Of a DNA stretch of 64,000 nt, positions 27,078-36,460 are shown one piece after another (position 1 is the first letter of the stretch; each line of letters starts with the position of its first letter). The notes below the pieces were generated by a model. The model was not told where the DNA came from. It saw only the letters and a list, made by a program, of their open reading frames with translations, and did no database searches. Where the stretch lies: positions 15,490-79,489 of IMG/VR virus record IMGVR_UViG_3300044712_000499; one strand, 5' to 3'. This DNA is from a virus. The position numbers were made by a program, and so were the translations under genes.

Positions 27078-27323
27078 ATGAAGATACATTTTGAATTTAA
27101 CTTTTGGTTATGGCTTTGCAGATTTTCTTATAAAATGATAAGAAGCTCAATTAACCCATATCCTTTAGGAATACCGGGAATGAGAGATAAAGACAATATA
27201 TGCCCCGGTTATACACCCCGAAAATGGAGAATGGGAGACGCACAGCCTGACTGTGAATCTGATGGACATTATCTATGTAATGAATGTGCCTTTAAAAACA
27301 GGGGTGAATCTATAAATGATTAA
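27078..27323 (+). CDS. Hypothetical Cys/His protein
   Basis: CESDGHYLCNEC. Confidence 0.6.
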   Translation: MKIHFEFNFWLWLCRFSYKMIRSSINPYPLGIPGMRDKDNICPGYTPRKWRMGDAQPDCESDGHYLCNECAFKNRGESIND

Positions 27324-27346
27324 CAATCAATAAAGAAAGGATAGAT

Positions 27347-27634
27347 ATGAGTGATAAAACAATTTGCACAGGATGTAGTGTGCCTCTTGATTTGCATGGC
27401 ACTTGCTGTGGATGGGAGAATGCAAAACAGACAACCTCTGATCAGTCTATAAATATTGCGGTGTTTAAGAAATTAGTAAATGGCAAATCTGAGAATTTAC
27501 CGCAAAGATCAGGAGAGTATTTCTGTATGCTTAAAAATGGAAGTAAGTTATTAAAGCCTTACAACAATAAGCCGGGATTCGGAAATGAAGAACTGCATTG
27601 GCTTAAAGTAGTTGAATGGTGGATAGATTGTTAA
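27347..27634 (+). CDS. Hypothetical protein
   Basis: 95-aa ORF after the repeated leader. Confidence 0.55.
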   Translation: MSDKTICTGCSVPLDLHGTCCGWENAKQTTSDQSINIAVFKKLVNGKSENLPQRSGEYFCMLKNGSKLLKPYNNKPGFGNEELHWLKVVEWWIDC

Positions 27635-27657
27635 TTAAAATTTAAAGAACTTAATGT

Positions 27658-27999
27658 ATGATAAAGAAAATTAACATACCAATTTATTTCGGGCAGATCA
27701 TTATTATTCAGAAAAAGAAGTTAAGTGATATTCCGAAGAAATGGAGTATTGATTTTGATTTTCACGGGTATGCAGCTACGTGCTATACAAAGAATACAAA
27801 AGATGGATGCCTGAGAATAGTTATGGCTTTTATGAACCCTACAACTGCTGAAATCATTGCTCATGAGTCATACCATGCTGTTAATTATCTATTCTCTCGT
27901 AGCGGCATAAAGCATGATCCGAATAATGATGAGCATGGTGCTTTTATCTTAGGGTGGATAGTAAATCAATGTCATAAATATTTGAAAGTAACAATCTAA
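27658..27999 (+). CDS. HExxH-motif putative metallopeptidase-like protein
   Basis: IIAHESYHA...NDEHGAFILGW. Confidence 0.6.
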   Translation: MIKKINIPIYFGQIIIIQKKKLSDIPKKWSIDFDFHGYAATCYTKNTKDGCLRIVMAFMNPTTAEIIAHESYHAVNYLFSRSGIKHDPNNDEHGAFILGWIVNQCHKYLKVTI

Positions 28000-28024
28000 C
28001 AACCAATAAAGAAAGGAGAATGAT

Positions 28025-28258
28025 ATGAGGATAAAATTAATATTTGCATGGTATGACCTTTGGGTTGGTTTGTTTTGGGATATAAAAAAGAAGTGGTTAT
28101 ATATATTCATAATTCCTACTATTGGGATTATCATTCAGTTTAAAAAGAAGCCATTAATAGATGTTGATGATCCTAACCAGCCTTGGAATTATAGAAAAGA
28201 ACAGTATCATAAAAATGAATTAGAAATTTCAGATGCCGGGTATTTTAGTGATAATTAA
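28025..28258 (+). CDS. Hypothetical protein
   Basis: FAWYDLWVG.FWD pattern. Confidence 0.6.
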   Translation: MRIKLIFAWYDLWVGLFWDIKKKWLYIFIIPTIGIIIQFKKKPLIDVDDPNQPWNYRKEQYHKNELEISDAGYFSDN

Positions 28259-28275
28259 TCTAACAACCAATAACC

Positions 28276-28464
28276 ATGAAAGAAGTTTGCAACGGTAAAA
28301 TAAATACAAATGGCATTTGTGAAAAATGCTATCAGGTATCACAGACTACATCGGGATATTGTTCAAGGCTTATTGACATTTATCCAGAAGACGACACAGT
28401 TATCCCTCCACACATGTATCGTAATGTATGGGAAGCAGGAGATGGAACAATCGAAAAACATTAA
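28276..28464 (+). CDS. Small Cys-containing protein
   Basis: 62-aa ORF after the repeated leader. Confidence 0.5.
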   Translation: MKEVCNGKINTNGICEKCYQVSQTTSGYCSRLIDIYPEDDTVIPPHMYRNVWEAGDGTIEKH

Positions 28465-28467
28465 ATT

Positions 28468-29370
28468 ATGAAAAGAGAAGAAATAATTGAGATACTTGAA
28501 AAGTACTTACCGAGATTTGAGAACGAAGTCAGGATAATAGATTCTATTGCTGATGAATTTCTTGCCTCTCATCCCGAACCAGCACAAGAGCAAAGAGAAA
28601 CAAACTCGTTTTCAAAAACAGAAATAATACAGATTCTTAACGATGGGGGATGTGACAGATGGTTGATGGATGAAAATATTGAAAAAATGGCTGATCAAAT
28701 TATAACTCTTTATTCTAATTCCTTTGCAAAGACATTGACTGAGGATCAAATAGAAGAAAATAGTTCAGATTACAGTCAGTTACAAAAAATGAAAGAATTA
28801 GCAATGCAAGAGAAACAGACGACAGAGGAAGCAAAATTTAATAAAGCAAATGAAAATGTAAAATCTACGTGGAAAGGACATTCACAAGGATATTACTACC
28901 ATTTTATTGAAGGATGGGAAGCCTGCGAAGAGTATGCCTCTCAGAGTCAATCATCTGTTTTTCCGAGTGAGGAAGAAAATAATACAAATGAATTTGATAT
29001 AGAGGGAGGAGGTGGAGTAACTATAAATGAGATCGAGAATCCACCAAAAGAGAAATCTTTATACGATAAGGCATTAGATTTTATTAAGGAATATCATTGG
29101 GATGAAGAATCACTAAAACAATCAGGTAGAATAATTCCTTTAGTTGCTACTATGTTAGAAGTTTTTGCCAAAAGATATGTCAATAAGGAGTCCCAACTAA
29201 AGCAGGGATACCCGAAACCATTCGTACTTTGGCTAATATTCGGTAATCATCCATTTGTGCAATGGTATGACAGCCCTGATGAATGTTTCTTCACCGATGA
29301 AGTAGATGACAAAAAATGGACTCTTGACGATCTTTTAAAATATTGGATTGATAACGTAAAAGACAAGTAA
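28468..29370 (+). CDS. Hypothetical mosaic protein
   Basis: 300 aa; repeated EII.IL...I..IAD module. Confidence 0.6.
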   Translation: MKREEIIEILEKYLPRFENEVRIIDSIADEFLASHPEPAQEQRETNSFSKTEIIQILNDGGCDRWLMDENIEKMADQIITLYSNSFAKTLTEDQIEENSSDYSQLQKMKELAMQEKQTTEEAKFNKANENVKSTWKGHSQGYYYHFIEGWEACEEYASQSQSSVFPSEEENNTNEFDIEGGGGVTINEIENPPKEKSLYDKALDFIKEYHWDEESLKQSGRIIPLVATMLEVFAKRYVNKESQLKQGYPKPFVLWLIFGNHPFVQWYDSPDECFFTDEVDDKKWTLDDLLKYWIDNVKDK

Positions 29371-29419
29371 CCAACCCGACCTAGCGATAACCCCCCAAAG
29401 GTTAAATCCCTACATACTA

Positions 29420-29686
29420 ATGAAGAACATACAAAACAAATGCGACAAAGGATGGCATGACGGCTCTTGCTGCTGTAACTGCCAACACCAACGCAAACTC
29501 ATGTGCCACCCATGGAATAAAGACTTCGGCAAAGGAGCAATGACCGATCAATGTGGCTTCGTATGCCTTGTATGGCTTGATAAAGGATTAGACGAAGAGG
29601 CAGATAAGGTCATATTCTTCGATAGAGAACATGGAATGTGCGAACTTCACACGCCACGAGTTAATCAAAAAGTCGTATCTTTGTGA
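29420..29686 (+). CDS. Cys-rich hypothetical protein
   Basis: CCCNC, C.PWN, G.CE.H. Confidence 0.6.
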   Translation: MKNIQNKCDKGWHDGSCCCNCQHQRKLMCHPWNKDFGKGAMTDQCGFVCLVWLDKGLDEEADKVIFFDREHGMCELHTPRVNQKVVSL

Positions 29687-29721
29687 AGTAAATGACAACC
29701 AACCACTGAGAGAACACCATA

Positions 29722-29907
29722 ATGAAAGCAAAGTCTAGGTTTAAAACATACTTCGTACTAATAAACACAGCTACATTCACAGTCAAAACAACATACAGAG
29801 TGTCCGTAGCTGCACAGATAACCGAAGCAAGCATTAACACTCTCAAGAAGATAGTAGGTAGGCACGTAATTAACGAATGGATAGTATGCAGAGTAGTAGA
29901 AGAGTAG
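29722..29907 (+). CDS. Possible small hypothetical protein
   Basis: 61-aa ORF in a T-poor, skewed segment; may be non-coding. Confidence 0.3.
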   Translation: MKAKSRFKTYFVLINTATFTVKTTYRVSVAAQITEASINTLKKIVGRHVINEWIVCRVVEE

Positions 29908-30243
29908 AGAAACAAGTAGGGTACATAGGAGAACAACAAGGGATGGGCATGTATAAAGAGGTTGTGGGCAAACAATGGAGTATAGGGGGAGAGACACGTA
30001 GTTTATGGGGGTGGCATGGCGTTTGGGTTTCCGTATCCATCGCAGGCCGGTATGCCGTTAAAGCATTCTTTTTGCCTAATCTGTTAAAAAATAGTTGCGT
30101 CTTGCTTAGGTGCAACGAAATAAAGCAGAATATTGCCAGATATAAGGCAGGATCATTGATTTATTCACCTTTATATATATGAGGGTGCAATTTATTAGCT
30201 GTTGATCCTGATATATGAGAACAAACATAAAGCTATTTAATAA

Positions 30244-30648
30244 ATGACTACCATCAAACCTTATGACACATTAGCCTTGTTTGGTCAATCTGTTACACTT
30301 GCACAGTATAATATTGTCAATGCTTTTAGGATAATGCGTCCTGTATGTAAAAAATACAAGTTAACAGTTAATAGTGTTATTATCTTATTAGGATCAGTAA
30401 TATATAATAAGTATATAGGATCAGGAATGAATAAGTATAACTTTAGGCGGTTCATTGGATATTATAATAGCAATAAGATAGACTATTATATTAATCTATT
30501 GTGTGAACGTGGTTATCTTGTTAAGTCTGATATAATACATGGTAAGGATATATATAAGATTACCGATTCAGGAATGAATGTATATAATGATATTGAAGAG
30601 TGTTATAATAGTAGTCTATATTCTTTTATTAGTAAGTATAATCTTTAG
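30244..30648 (+). CDS. Winged-helix-like DNA-binding protein
   Basis: C-terminal YYINLLCERGYL.K.......Y.IT..G wHTH pattern. Confidence 0.55.
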   Translation: MTTIKPYDTLALFGQSVTLAQYNIVNAFRIMRPVCKKYKLTVNSVIILLGSVIYNKYIGSGMNKYNFRRFIGYYNSNKIDYYINLLCERGYLVKSDIIHGKDIYKITDSGMNVYNDIEECYNSSLYSFISKYNL

Positions 30649-30703
30649 CGGGTTCGTTCATTATCCCCTTATTTATTGAGCCTTTGCGCTGATTACTCAT
30701 TTT

Positions 30704-30729
30704 AAGCCTGTTTTAAGGCTTATTTTTTT
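30704..30729 (+). terminator. Intrinsic terminator
   Basis: AAGCCT-gtttta-AGGCTT followed by a T-run. Confidence 0.6.
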
Positions 30730-30876
30730 GTCTGGTGGTTAGTCCCATTATTTTTAGTTATTGCCTTAAAAGTCTTTATTTGCCTTCAGTCCTGGTTAAA
30801 TAGTTTGTTATTTATTTGCATTTAGACCTTTGGCGGGTGTATATTTGTATCATAATATTAATCAATAATTAAAGAG

Positions 30877-31059
30877 ATGAAAACGAAAAAATACCTTTTA
30901 GTTAAAGTAGCTGGTAATCTTAACCCATTAATTACTCAGCGTTTCAAATTATCTGAAGCCCATTTTATTAGTAATGTTGCTCAAGATTATCCTAATGAAA
31001 CACTAATTATTAAATTAGTTGAATGTTCACCATCTGATTATAAATCTATATTTGGATAA
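30877..31059 (+). CDS. Small hypothetical protein (putative early)
   Basis: First gene after the full promoter TTTG...TATATTTG (30815-30847). Confidence 0.55.
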   Translation: MKTKKYLLVKVAGNLNPLITQRFKLSEAHFISNVAQDYPNETLIIKLVECSPSDYKSIFG

Positions 31060-31087
31060 TTTAAGTAATCATTAATACTTATTTATT

Positions 31088-31279
31088 ATGAAAACAAACC
31101 TTAATAATACAATTTGTGATTTATGGAATATATCCCGTACAGCTTTAGCGGGTTCTGATTGTTCCCGTTATTCACGGATGATATATATTAAATCTGAGTT
31201 AATCCGCACGTATCCCGATTTAATTAAGGGGATGACTTCAAAACAGATATGGTTTGCTATTGAGGATCAATTAAATTAA
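31088..31279 (+). CDS. Small hypothetical protein
   Basis: MKT start, A-rich leader. Confidence 0.55.
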   Translation: MKTNLNNTICDLWNISRTALAGSDCSRYSRMIYIKSELIRTYPDLIKGMTSKQIWFAIEDQLN

Positions 31280-31286
31280 CAATAAT

Positions 31287-31397
31287 ATGAATACTCTATT
31301 ATATTACTTGCCTTATTTACCCCTCTATTTAATAACTTTAGCGGGCGTAATGATCATACTTAAATCACTTATCAAATGTTTTATTAACCTTAAATAA
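31287..31397 (+). CDS. 36-aa single-TM peptide (not in track)
   Basis: MNTLLYYLPYLPLYLITLAGVMIILKSLIKCFINLK fills the gap exactly. Confidence 0.45.
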   Translation: MNTLLYYLPYLPLYLITLAGVMIILKSLIKCFINLK

Positions 31398-31405
31398 TTA
31401 CGAAT

Positions 31406-31879
31406 ATGAATATAACAGATAAAACAATAGAAACCATTAGGCAAATGGGATACGGTGTAATGTTTTATGATAATGGGATTAATGATACGACACCAGGCAA
31501 GGCAATAGAAATATCTGTTTATTGCCTTGATCCTTACTATATAAACTATTCATTTAAAACGCCAAAGAACAAAGAAATTACAACGGATTGGATAATGAAT
31601 AAAATTGCACAAAAAGAAAATTACACCTCTATTAATTGGAACAAAATATTTGAACCATTAAAATTAGACAATATCCATTTTTATATTACCTCTTATGGTA
31701 TTGGTGTTGAAACAATTTTTGGAAGTAAACACGAAACAAGAAATAAAATAAACGAATATCTTGATAATTTAGGTATTGAATATAAAAATGAATATTCTGA
31801 TGCAAACTGGGTATTCAGGTATAAGATTAGTAAATCTAAAGAGAATATTGAGAAAATAAATAAATTATCTAATAAATAG
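31406..31879 (+). CDS. Hypothetical protein
   Basis: 157-aa AT-rich ORF. Confidence 0.65.
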   Translation: MNITDKTIETIRQMGYGVMFYDNGINDTTPGKAIEISVYCLDPYYINYSFKTPKNKEITTDWIMNKIAQKENYTSINWNKIFEPLKLDNIHFYITSYGIGVETIFGSKHETRNKINEYLDNLGIEYKNEYSDANWVFRYKISKSKENIEKINKLSNK

Positions 31880-31883
31880 ACTA

Positions 31884-32126
31884 ATGAAGACAAGTAAAAA
31901 GCAAAAGCAATTAGCCCGCTGGGTTTATTATGAGGATGCGGAATATTATTGCCCCTCATGTATGAATATAAGACTCGATGAAATAAATAGAAATAAAGAG
32001 TTTGCCGAATATATTGATTATAATAGGGGTGAAGAGTGTGGATATTTTGAAGACTATATAATTGATCAAGATAAGGCGTTTTGTTGTAAATGTTCCGCCC
32101 CTCTGTTTGCAAAATTAGACTGCTAA
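31884..32126 (+). CDS. Zn-ribbon-like hypothetical protein
   Basis: CPSC...CCKC. Confidence 0.6.
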   Translation: MKTSKKQKQLARWVYYEDAEYYCPSCMNIRLDEINRNKEFAEYIDYNRGEECGYFEDYIIDQDKAFCCKCSAPLFAKLDC

Positions 32127-32175
32127 TTAAAAGTAAACTAGTAAACCGGCCAAAGATATTAATTAACTAAAAACC

Positions 32176-32280
32176 ATGAAAACTTTTACAGTAAACACCA
32201 AAAGGAAATTTAATACAGTATTTTTAATCAGTTACTTTGTTATATCTGTTATATACTGTATAATAGTAACTTTTATTTAA
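32176..32280 (+). CDS. 34-aa single-TM peptide (not in track)
   Basis: MKTFTVNTKRKFNTVFLISYFVISVIYCIIVTFI. Confidence 0.45.
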   Translation: MKTFTVNTKRKFNTVFLISYFVISVIYCIIVTFI

Positions 32281-32323
32281 ACCTTTAGCGGGAATTTTAA
32301 TATTAACTTAAAAAATAAATACG

Positions 32324-32581
32324 ATGAAAACATTAACAGAATGGGAAAACTCGAAACTGTGTTTATCTAATTTCCTTAATATTGGGGATGAAGTTGACGA
32401 AGATATAACCGAGTATGTTTTATGTGTTTTGCCTCCTGCAACATGGACAAAACAATGTATCCAAATGGGGGAACCATACAGCCATGATAATTTTGGCCGT
32501 GCATGTTATTTAACACTTGAAAGGCCAATATTTGGCAGCCCTTGGATATATACAGGAATTAAACCACGTCCAAAGAATTAA
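32324..32581 (+). CDS. Conserved-looking phage hypothetical protein
   Basis: VLPP......IQMGEPYSH. Confidence 0.65.
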   Translation: MKTLTEWENSKLCLSNFLNIGDEVDEDITEYVLCVLPPATWTKQCIQMGEPYSHDNFGRACYLTLERPIFGSPWIYTGIKPRPKN

Positions 32582-32612
32582 TAATAATTTATAAACCTTA
32601 ATAAATACAATT

Positions 32613-33125
32613 ATGAAAACATTAAAAATTTATCCGAATCAAATACATTATAACAATGAATTAAATAAAATTCTTGTTAAGGAAATACAAAACATTTACC
32701 CTCAGTTATTGCCGTTTTTAAATAAACAAATATTGCTATCTGACGGCAAAAACTCTAAAAAGTTTAAAATAGACTTTTTGCGGACTGATCCAGCACCATT
32801 AAAAAATAATGACTTTGGCCGGAATCATATTTGTTATTTAGATATATCAACATATTCTATTTGGTTAAAAGTCTCTTTGTGTTTTTCCGGTGGCAAATAT
32901 GAGGATAATACATACTATTGCAGTTATATTGATAAATCGGTTTATATCGGTAAGGTTGAAAATTGTATGCTAACTGAAATAAGTAAACCTGATGACATTA
33001 TAAAAGACTATAAACTCAATAATCTTATTGATATTGATAATGAACAGGCAAAAGTAAAAAAATATAATAGCTTGTTAAGTGAATTGGAACAGGTTAAAAA
33101 CAGTTTTGCATATAACCACGAATAA
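32613..33125 (+). CDS. Hypothetical protein
   Basis: 170-aa ORF. Confidence 0.65.
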   Translation: MKTLKIYPNQIHYNNELNKILVKEIQNIYPQLLPFLNKQILLSDGKNSKKFKIDFLRTDPAPLKNNDFGRNHICYLDISTYSIWLKVSLCFSGGKYEDNTYYCSYIDKSVYIGKVENCMLTEISKPDDIIKDYKLNNLIDIDNEQAKVKKYNSLLSELEQVKNSFAYNHE

Positions 33126-33252
33126 AGCCAATTTAAGCTATTATACCAGTCTTTAAGGGTAAATACCTTACACTGGTTTATAATGCCTTAAATCCTTTAT
33201 GTATAGGTTTATTTTGAACATTAGCTGGATTATTAACTTAAAATTAAACACA

Positions 33253-33531
33253 ATGACACTAAAAGAATTTAAAAATGAATATCGCCTAGTTTGTTCTGAT
33301 GACTGGGGTACAGCTATGGAGGCCTGGTTTGAATGTGCAGGCAGAATGTATAAAAAGAATATGCTAATACCGGCAAATTGGGAATATAGGGCCGGTTTAG
33401 GTGATCCGTGCGACAATGATAGTTATTTTTATAGTCTATTTGCGCATTCGAGTAAAAAGCAATTGACTGAAATAGGTAATTTTTTATTCAGGTATTGCCA
33501 AATGTTAAAATATCAGGGTAAAGATTATTAA
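33253..33531 (+). CDS. Hypothetical protein
   Basis: Start refined to MTLKEF; D.WG..M..WF...WEYRAG. Confidence 0.65.
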   Translation: MTLKEFKNEYRLVCSDDWGTAMEAWFECAGRMYKKNMLIPANWEYRAGLGDPCDNDSYFYSLFAHSSKKQLTEIGNFLFRYCQMLKYQGKDY

Positions 33532-33735
33532 CAATGAATGCAAAATATCATTATAAGCAATATGTAAACGGTGAATTTATTAACTGTTATTCACTTGTAG
33601 AAATAATTAGTAATGATAAAAAAACATATTTAGTAAGATGTTTGGACTTTTGCCGGTCTTATCAGCCCGGTAAAGTCTTAAGAGTAAAAAAGAGAAGTAT
33701 AAGATTTTAGTATAAACAATTAAAAAACAAATATT

Positions 33736-34083
33736 ATGAAAACCATACAAAATAATATCTATAAAGATTTAATCCAATTTGTTAAGGATCATCACGGATA
33801 TAGTAAAACAGATTTTGAAGAGCACCCCGAAATAAGAGAAAAGGAAAATAATTTTATTAAAGAACTCAAAGAAATAGAGGGCAGAAAAGTAAAAATTAAA
33901 TTCTATTGCGAAAACGATTTTTTAAGCATGGGTGGAGAAAAGACAGGTAAAATTATATTTGCAGATGATAACCGCATAAGATTTTATGAAGGTAAAAAAA
34001 GAACACGTTTTTATTATCTAGATGCTGGTTTACATTTGGGCTTTTATGCCGTATTAATCCCAATAGAAATAAATATACTATAA
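33736..34083 (+). CDS. Hypothetical protein
   Basis: 115-aa ORF. Confidence 0.6.
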   Translation: MKTIQNNIYKDLIQFVKDHHGYSKTDFEEHPEIREKENNFIKELKEIEGRKVKIKFYCENDFLSMGGEKTGKIIFADDNRIRFYEGKKRTRFYYLDAGLHLGFYAVLIPIEINIL

Positions 34084-34103
34084 ACCTTTAATAAAAAAGC
34101 ACT

Positions 34104-34412
34104 ATGAAAAAAGATGATTTTAAAACTGATGTTATGTTCAGAATAGAAAAGCACGGGGAGCTCAAAGATGAAATTTTAGCAGTATTCCCGCATGAAGTGA
34201 ATGATTATAAAGGGAATGTTGTGGCCTATGTTCATATCGGACAACACACAAGCGCAGATTATAACTATGTGCTACAAAGGACAAGACCCGCTAAAGAAAT
34301 AGACTACATGCCATTAAAAAGGGAATTAGAGTCTATTGGCTATAATCTTAAGATAGTCAAGAAACGCAATTACAACAGGTATTTAACCGAACTTAAAAAA
34401 GCAAGGGCATGA
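34104..34412 (+). CDS. Conserved-looking phage hypothetical protein
   Basis: V.FR......LAVFP...Y.HIGQH..A...EL..IGY.L. Confidence 0.68.
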   Translation: MKKDDFKTDVMFRIEKHGELKDEILAVFPHEVNDYKGNVVAYVHIGQHTSADYNYVLQRTRPAKEIDYMPLKRELESIGYNLKIVKKRNYNRYLTELKKARA

Positions 34413-34600
34413 CACACAAAGAATATAAAACAGAAATAGAACGGCAATTTCCATTAGTTGCTGATCCAGACCTAGTAATTGAGGTAAATGAAAGGCAGAT
34501 GACCCCGCAAAGGCTATCATTTAATAGATTTTATCATCTTTACCAGGATTTACACCGTGAAAAGTACGGGGAATATTTACAGATTAAAATTAAAAACTAA
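34409..34600 (+). CDS. Hypothetical protein
   Basis: Coupled ORF. Confidence 0.5.
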   Translation: MTHKEYKTEIERQFPLVADPDLVIEVNERQMTPQRLSFNRFYHLYQDLHREKYGEYLQIKIKN

Positions 34601-34615
34601 TAAAAAAGTAATATT

Positions 34616-34903
34616 ATGAATTACAATGAATATGGAGTATCAGAACAGACCTGTATCATTAACAGGATTAAAAGCAACAACGAAACAGTTGAATTGCTTG
34701 AGGCTATTGAAAAAGCAATGGATAAAATACATTATGACAGTATTGCGAATGTACTTTATAAAGACCATGAGGGTAATTACTTTCCGGCTGATTCGGACAC
34801 AAGAGACACAGATTTTTATAATGATATATGCGAATGGATAACTAAAAACTGTGTTTATCTTACCAAAGATTCAATGGAACAATACACAAGACTACGTAAA
34901 TAA
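34616..34903 (+). CDS. Hypothetical protein
   Basis: 95-aa ORF. Confidence 0.55.
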   Translation: MNYNEYGVSEQTCIINRIKSNNETVELLEAIEKAMDKIHYDSIANVLYKDHEGNYFPADSDTRDTDFYNDICEWITKNCVYLTKDSMEQYTRLRK

Positions 34904-34936
34904 CCTATCTTTGCCCCTCATCAAAAAAATAAGGAT

Positions 34937-35374
34937 ATGAAAAGACTAATATTGTTACTTTGTTTTGGGATTTTAGTCTCTATAGCGGCGAACCCAAGTT
35001 ACGAGAATGTGATTTACATCCCGTTTTCACCCCCTCTCACACCGTATGAGGCATTATCTAGGGCAATAGGTACTGTGGAGTCCAAAAATGATCCGAATGC
35101 CTACAACAGTCGAGAAAATGCAGTAGGTATTTACCAGGTGCGCCCCATAAGACTAGATGATTATTACCAAAGAACCGGCAAGAGATATGAACTAAACGAG
35201 ATGTACGACACTATAAAAGCTAAAAAAGTATTCCTATACTATGCTCTTCAGTATCATTATTCAGAAACAGAACGTATAAGCAGAGAATGGAACGGGGGCG
35301 AAAGGGGCATGAAAAAGCAGTCAACAAAAAGTTATTACAAAAAAGTGAAAGTTTATTTGGAAAATCAAAATTAA
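34937..35374 (+). CDS. Lysozyme-fold lytic transglycosylase / i-type-lysozyme-like protein with signal peptide
   Basis: AIGTVES.NDPNA (catalytic Glu), GIYQV, WNGG; N-terminal MKRLILLLCFGILVSIAA. Confidence 0.72.
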   Translation: MKRLILLLCFGILVSIAANPSYENVIYIPFSPPLTPYEALSRAIGTVESKNDPNAYNSRENAVGIYQVRPIRLDDYYQRTGKRYELNEMYDTIKAKKVFLYYALQYHYSETERISREWNGGERGMKKQSTKSYYKKVKVYLENQN

Positions 35375-35406
35375 GGTTATATATTTGATAATTAAAAACA
35401 AGGGCT

Positions 35407-36123
35407 ATGAATAAAAAATGTAAAGTTGTTATGTTAGCAACGGATAAGGAAACGGAAATTGGATTATATCACGATAATCTGTATAATTCTACATTTGGAG
35501 CAAAAACGAATGATTGGAATAATCAACATCTCTATATTCTCTCTGATGATGAGATTAAAGAAGGTGATTGGTTTTGGCAAGGATTTGATAAGAAGGTTCA
35601 TCAATGCCATAAAACCACTGATCATTTCATTATAGCAGTATTACCTGATGATTATCCAAAAAAGATATGTAAAAAGATTATTGCTACTACTGATTCTTCT
35701 CTTTCTTTAAACCAATGCGATGGCTGTATTACAGGTGCGCCCATAGACGGTAAAAATATTCATAGATTCGCAGATAAAGGTGCAATGGTTTGTCAGAGAG
35801 ATAAATATCAGCTCCCATCTATTCCTCAATCATTCATTGAATACTATGTTTCTGAATATAATAAAGGAAATAAGATTGAAGAAGTGTTGGTTGAGTATGA
35901 AATTAAAGGGTGGTCAAAACATCTTATTGAAGAAGCGCATGAGCCTAAAGAATTACATCAAACACTTAAACTCAATTCAGATAACACTATCAATATTAAA
36001 GCTATTAAAGATAGCTGGACAAGAGAAGAAGTATCTGGTGACATGCAATATTATATGGAATATATTCAATCAAATGGATATGTTACTCCGATGGAATGGC
36101 TTGATGAATTAAAACATTATTAA
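35407..36123 (+). CDS. Conserved-looking Bacteroidota-phage hypothetical protein
   Basis: QHLYILSDDEIKEGDW, CKKIIATTD.SL; promoter at 35380. Confidence 0.7.
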   Translation: MNKKCKVVMLATDKETEIGLYHDNLYNSTFGAKTNDWNNQHLYILSDDEIKEGDWFWQGFDKKVHQCHKTTDHFIIAVLPDDYPKKICKKIIATTDSSLSLNQCDGCITGAPIDGKNIHRFADKGAMVCQRDKYQLPSIPQSFIEYYVSEYNKGNKIEEVLVEYEIKGWSKHLIEEAHEPKELHQTLKLNSDNTINIKAIKDSWTREEVSGDMQYYMEYIQSNGYVTPMEWLDELKHY

Positions 36124-36124
36124 C

Positions 36125-36325
36125 ATGAACCAAAACGACATTATAGAAAAAGCATTGCGCCAATGCGATCAGAACTACTCTAAACATCCTTATGCATGGT
36201 CTGAGACAGGATATCACGCAATGGCTGAAGACCTCGAAAAGGAATTACTAAAGATGAATTATAAACTACTTAAAATTATACCTTATGAAAACGAAAGAGG
36301 AATTAACAAGACAGATGATAAGTGA
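36125..36325 (+). CDS. Hypothetical protein
   Basis: 66-aa ORF. Confidence 0.5.
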   Translation: MNQNDIIEKALRQCDQNYSKHPYAWSETGYHAMAEDLEKELLKMNYKLLKIIPYENERGINKTDDK

Positions 36326-36460
36326 GTATAACTCTGGTGGGTCTAAGACTCTCACAGTAGCAATACTCTGTGCCTTTGCAACAATGGTGCTTACCGGATT
36401 CGGGCTGCTCGCACTGTATCTTATAGGTCACGAAATAGTAACCTTTATAAAAGACCTGCT

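Larger units (their letters stand above)
27060..28273 (+). repeat. Repeated intergenic leader module
   Basis: AATAAAGAAAGGATAGATATGA exact at 27060-27081 and 27329-27350, variant at 28005-28028; AATCTAACAACCAATAA at 27993-28009 and 28257-28273. Confidence 0.85.

Noticed and set aside
29661-30182. Several overlapping ORFs on both strands
   Set aside because: By-products of low-complexity, skewed sequence; unnatural amino-acid composition.
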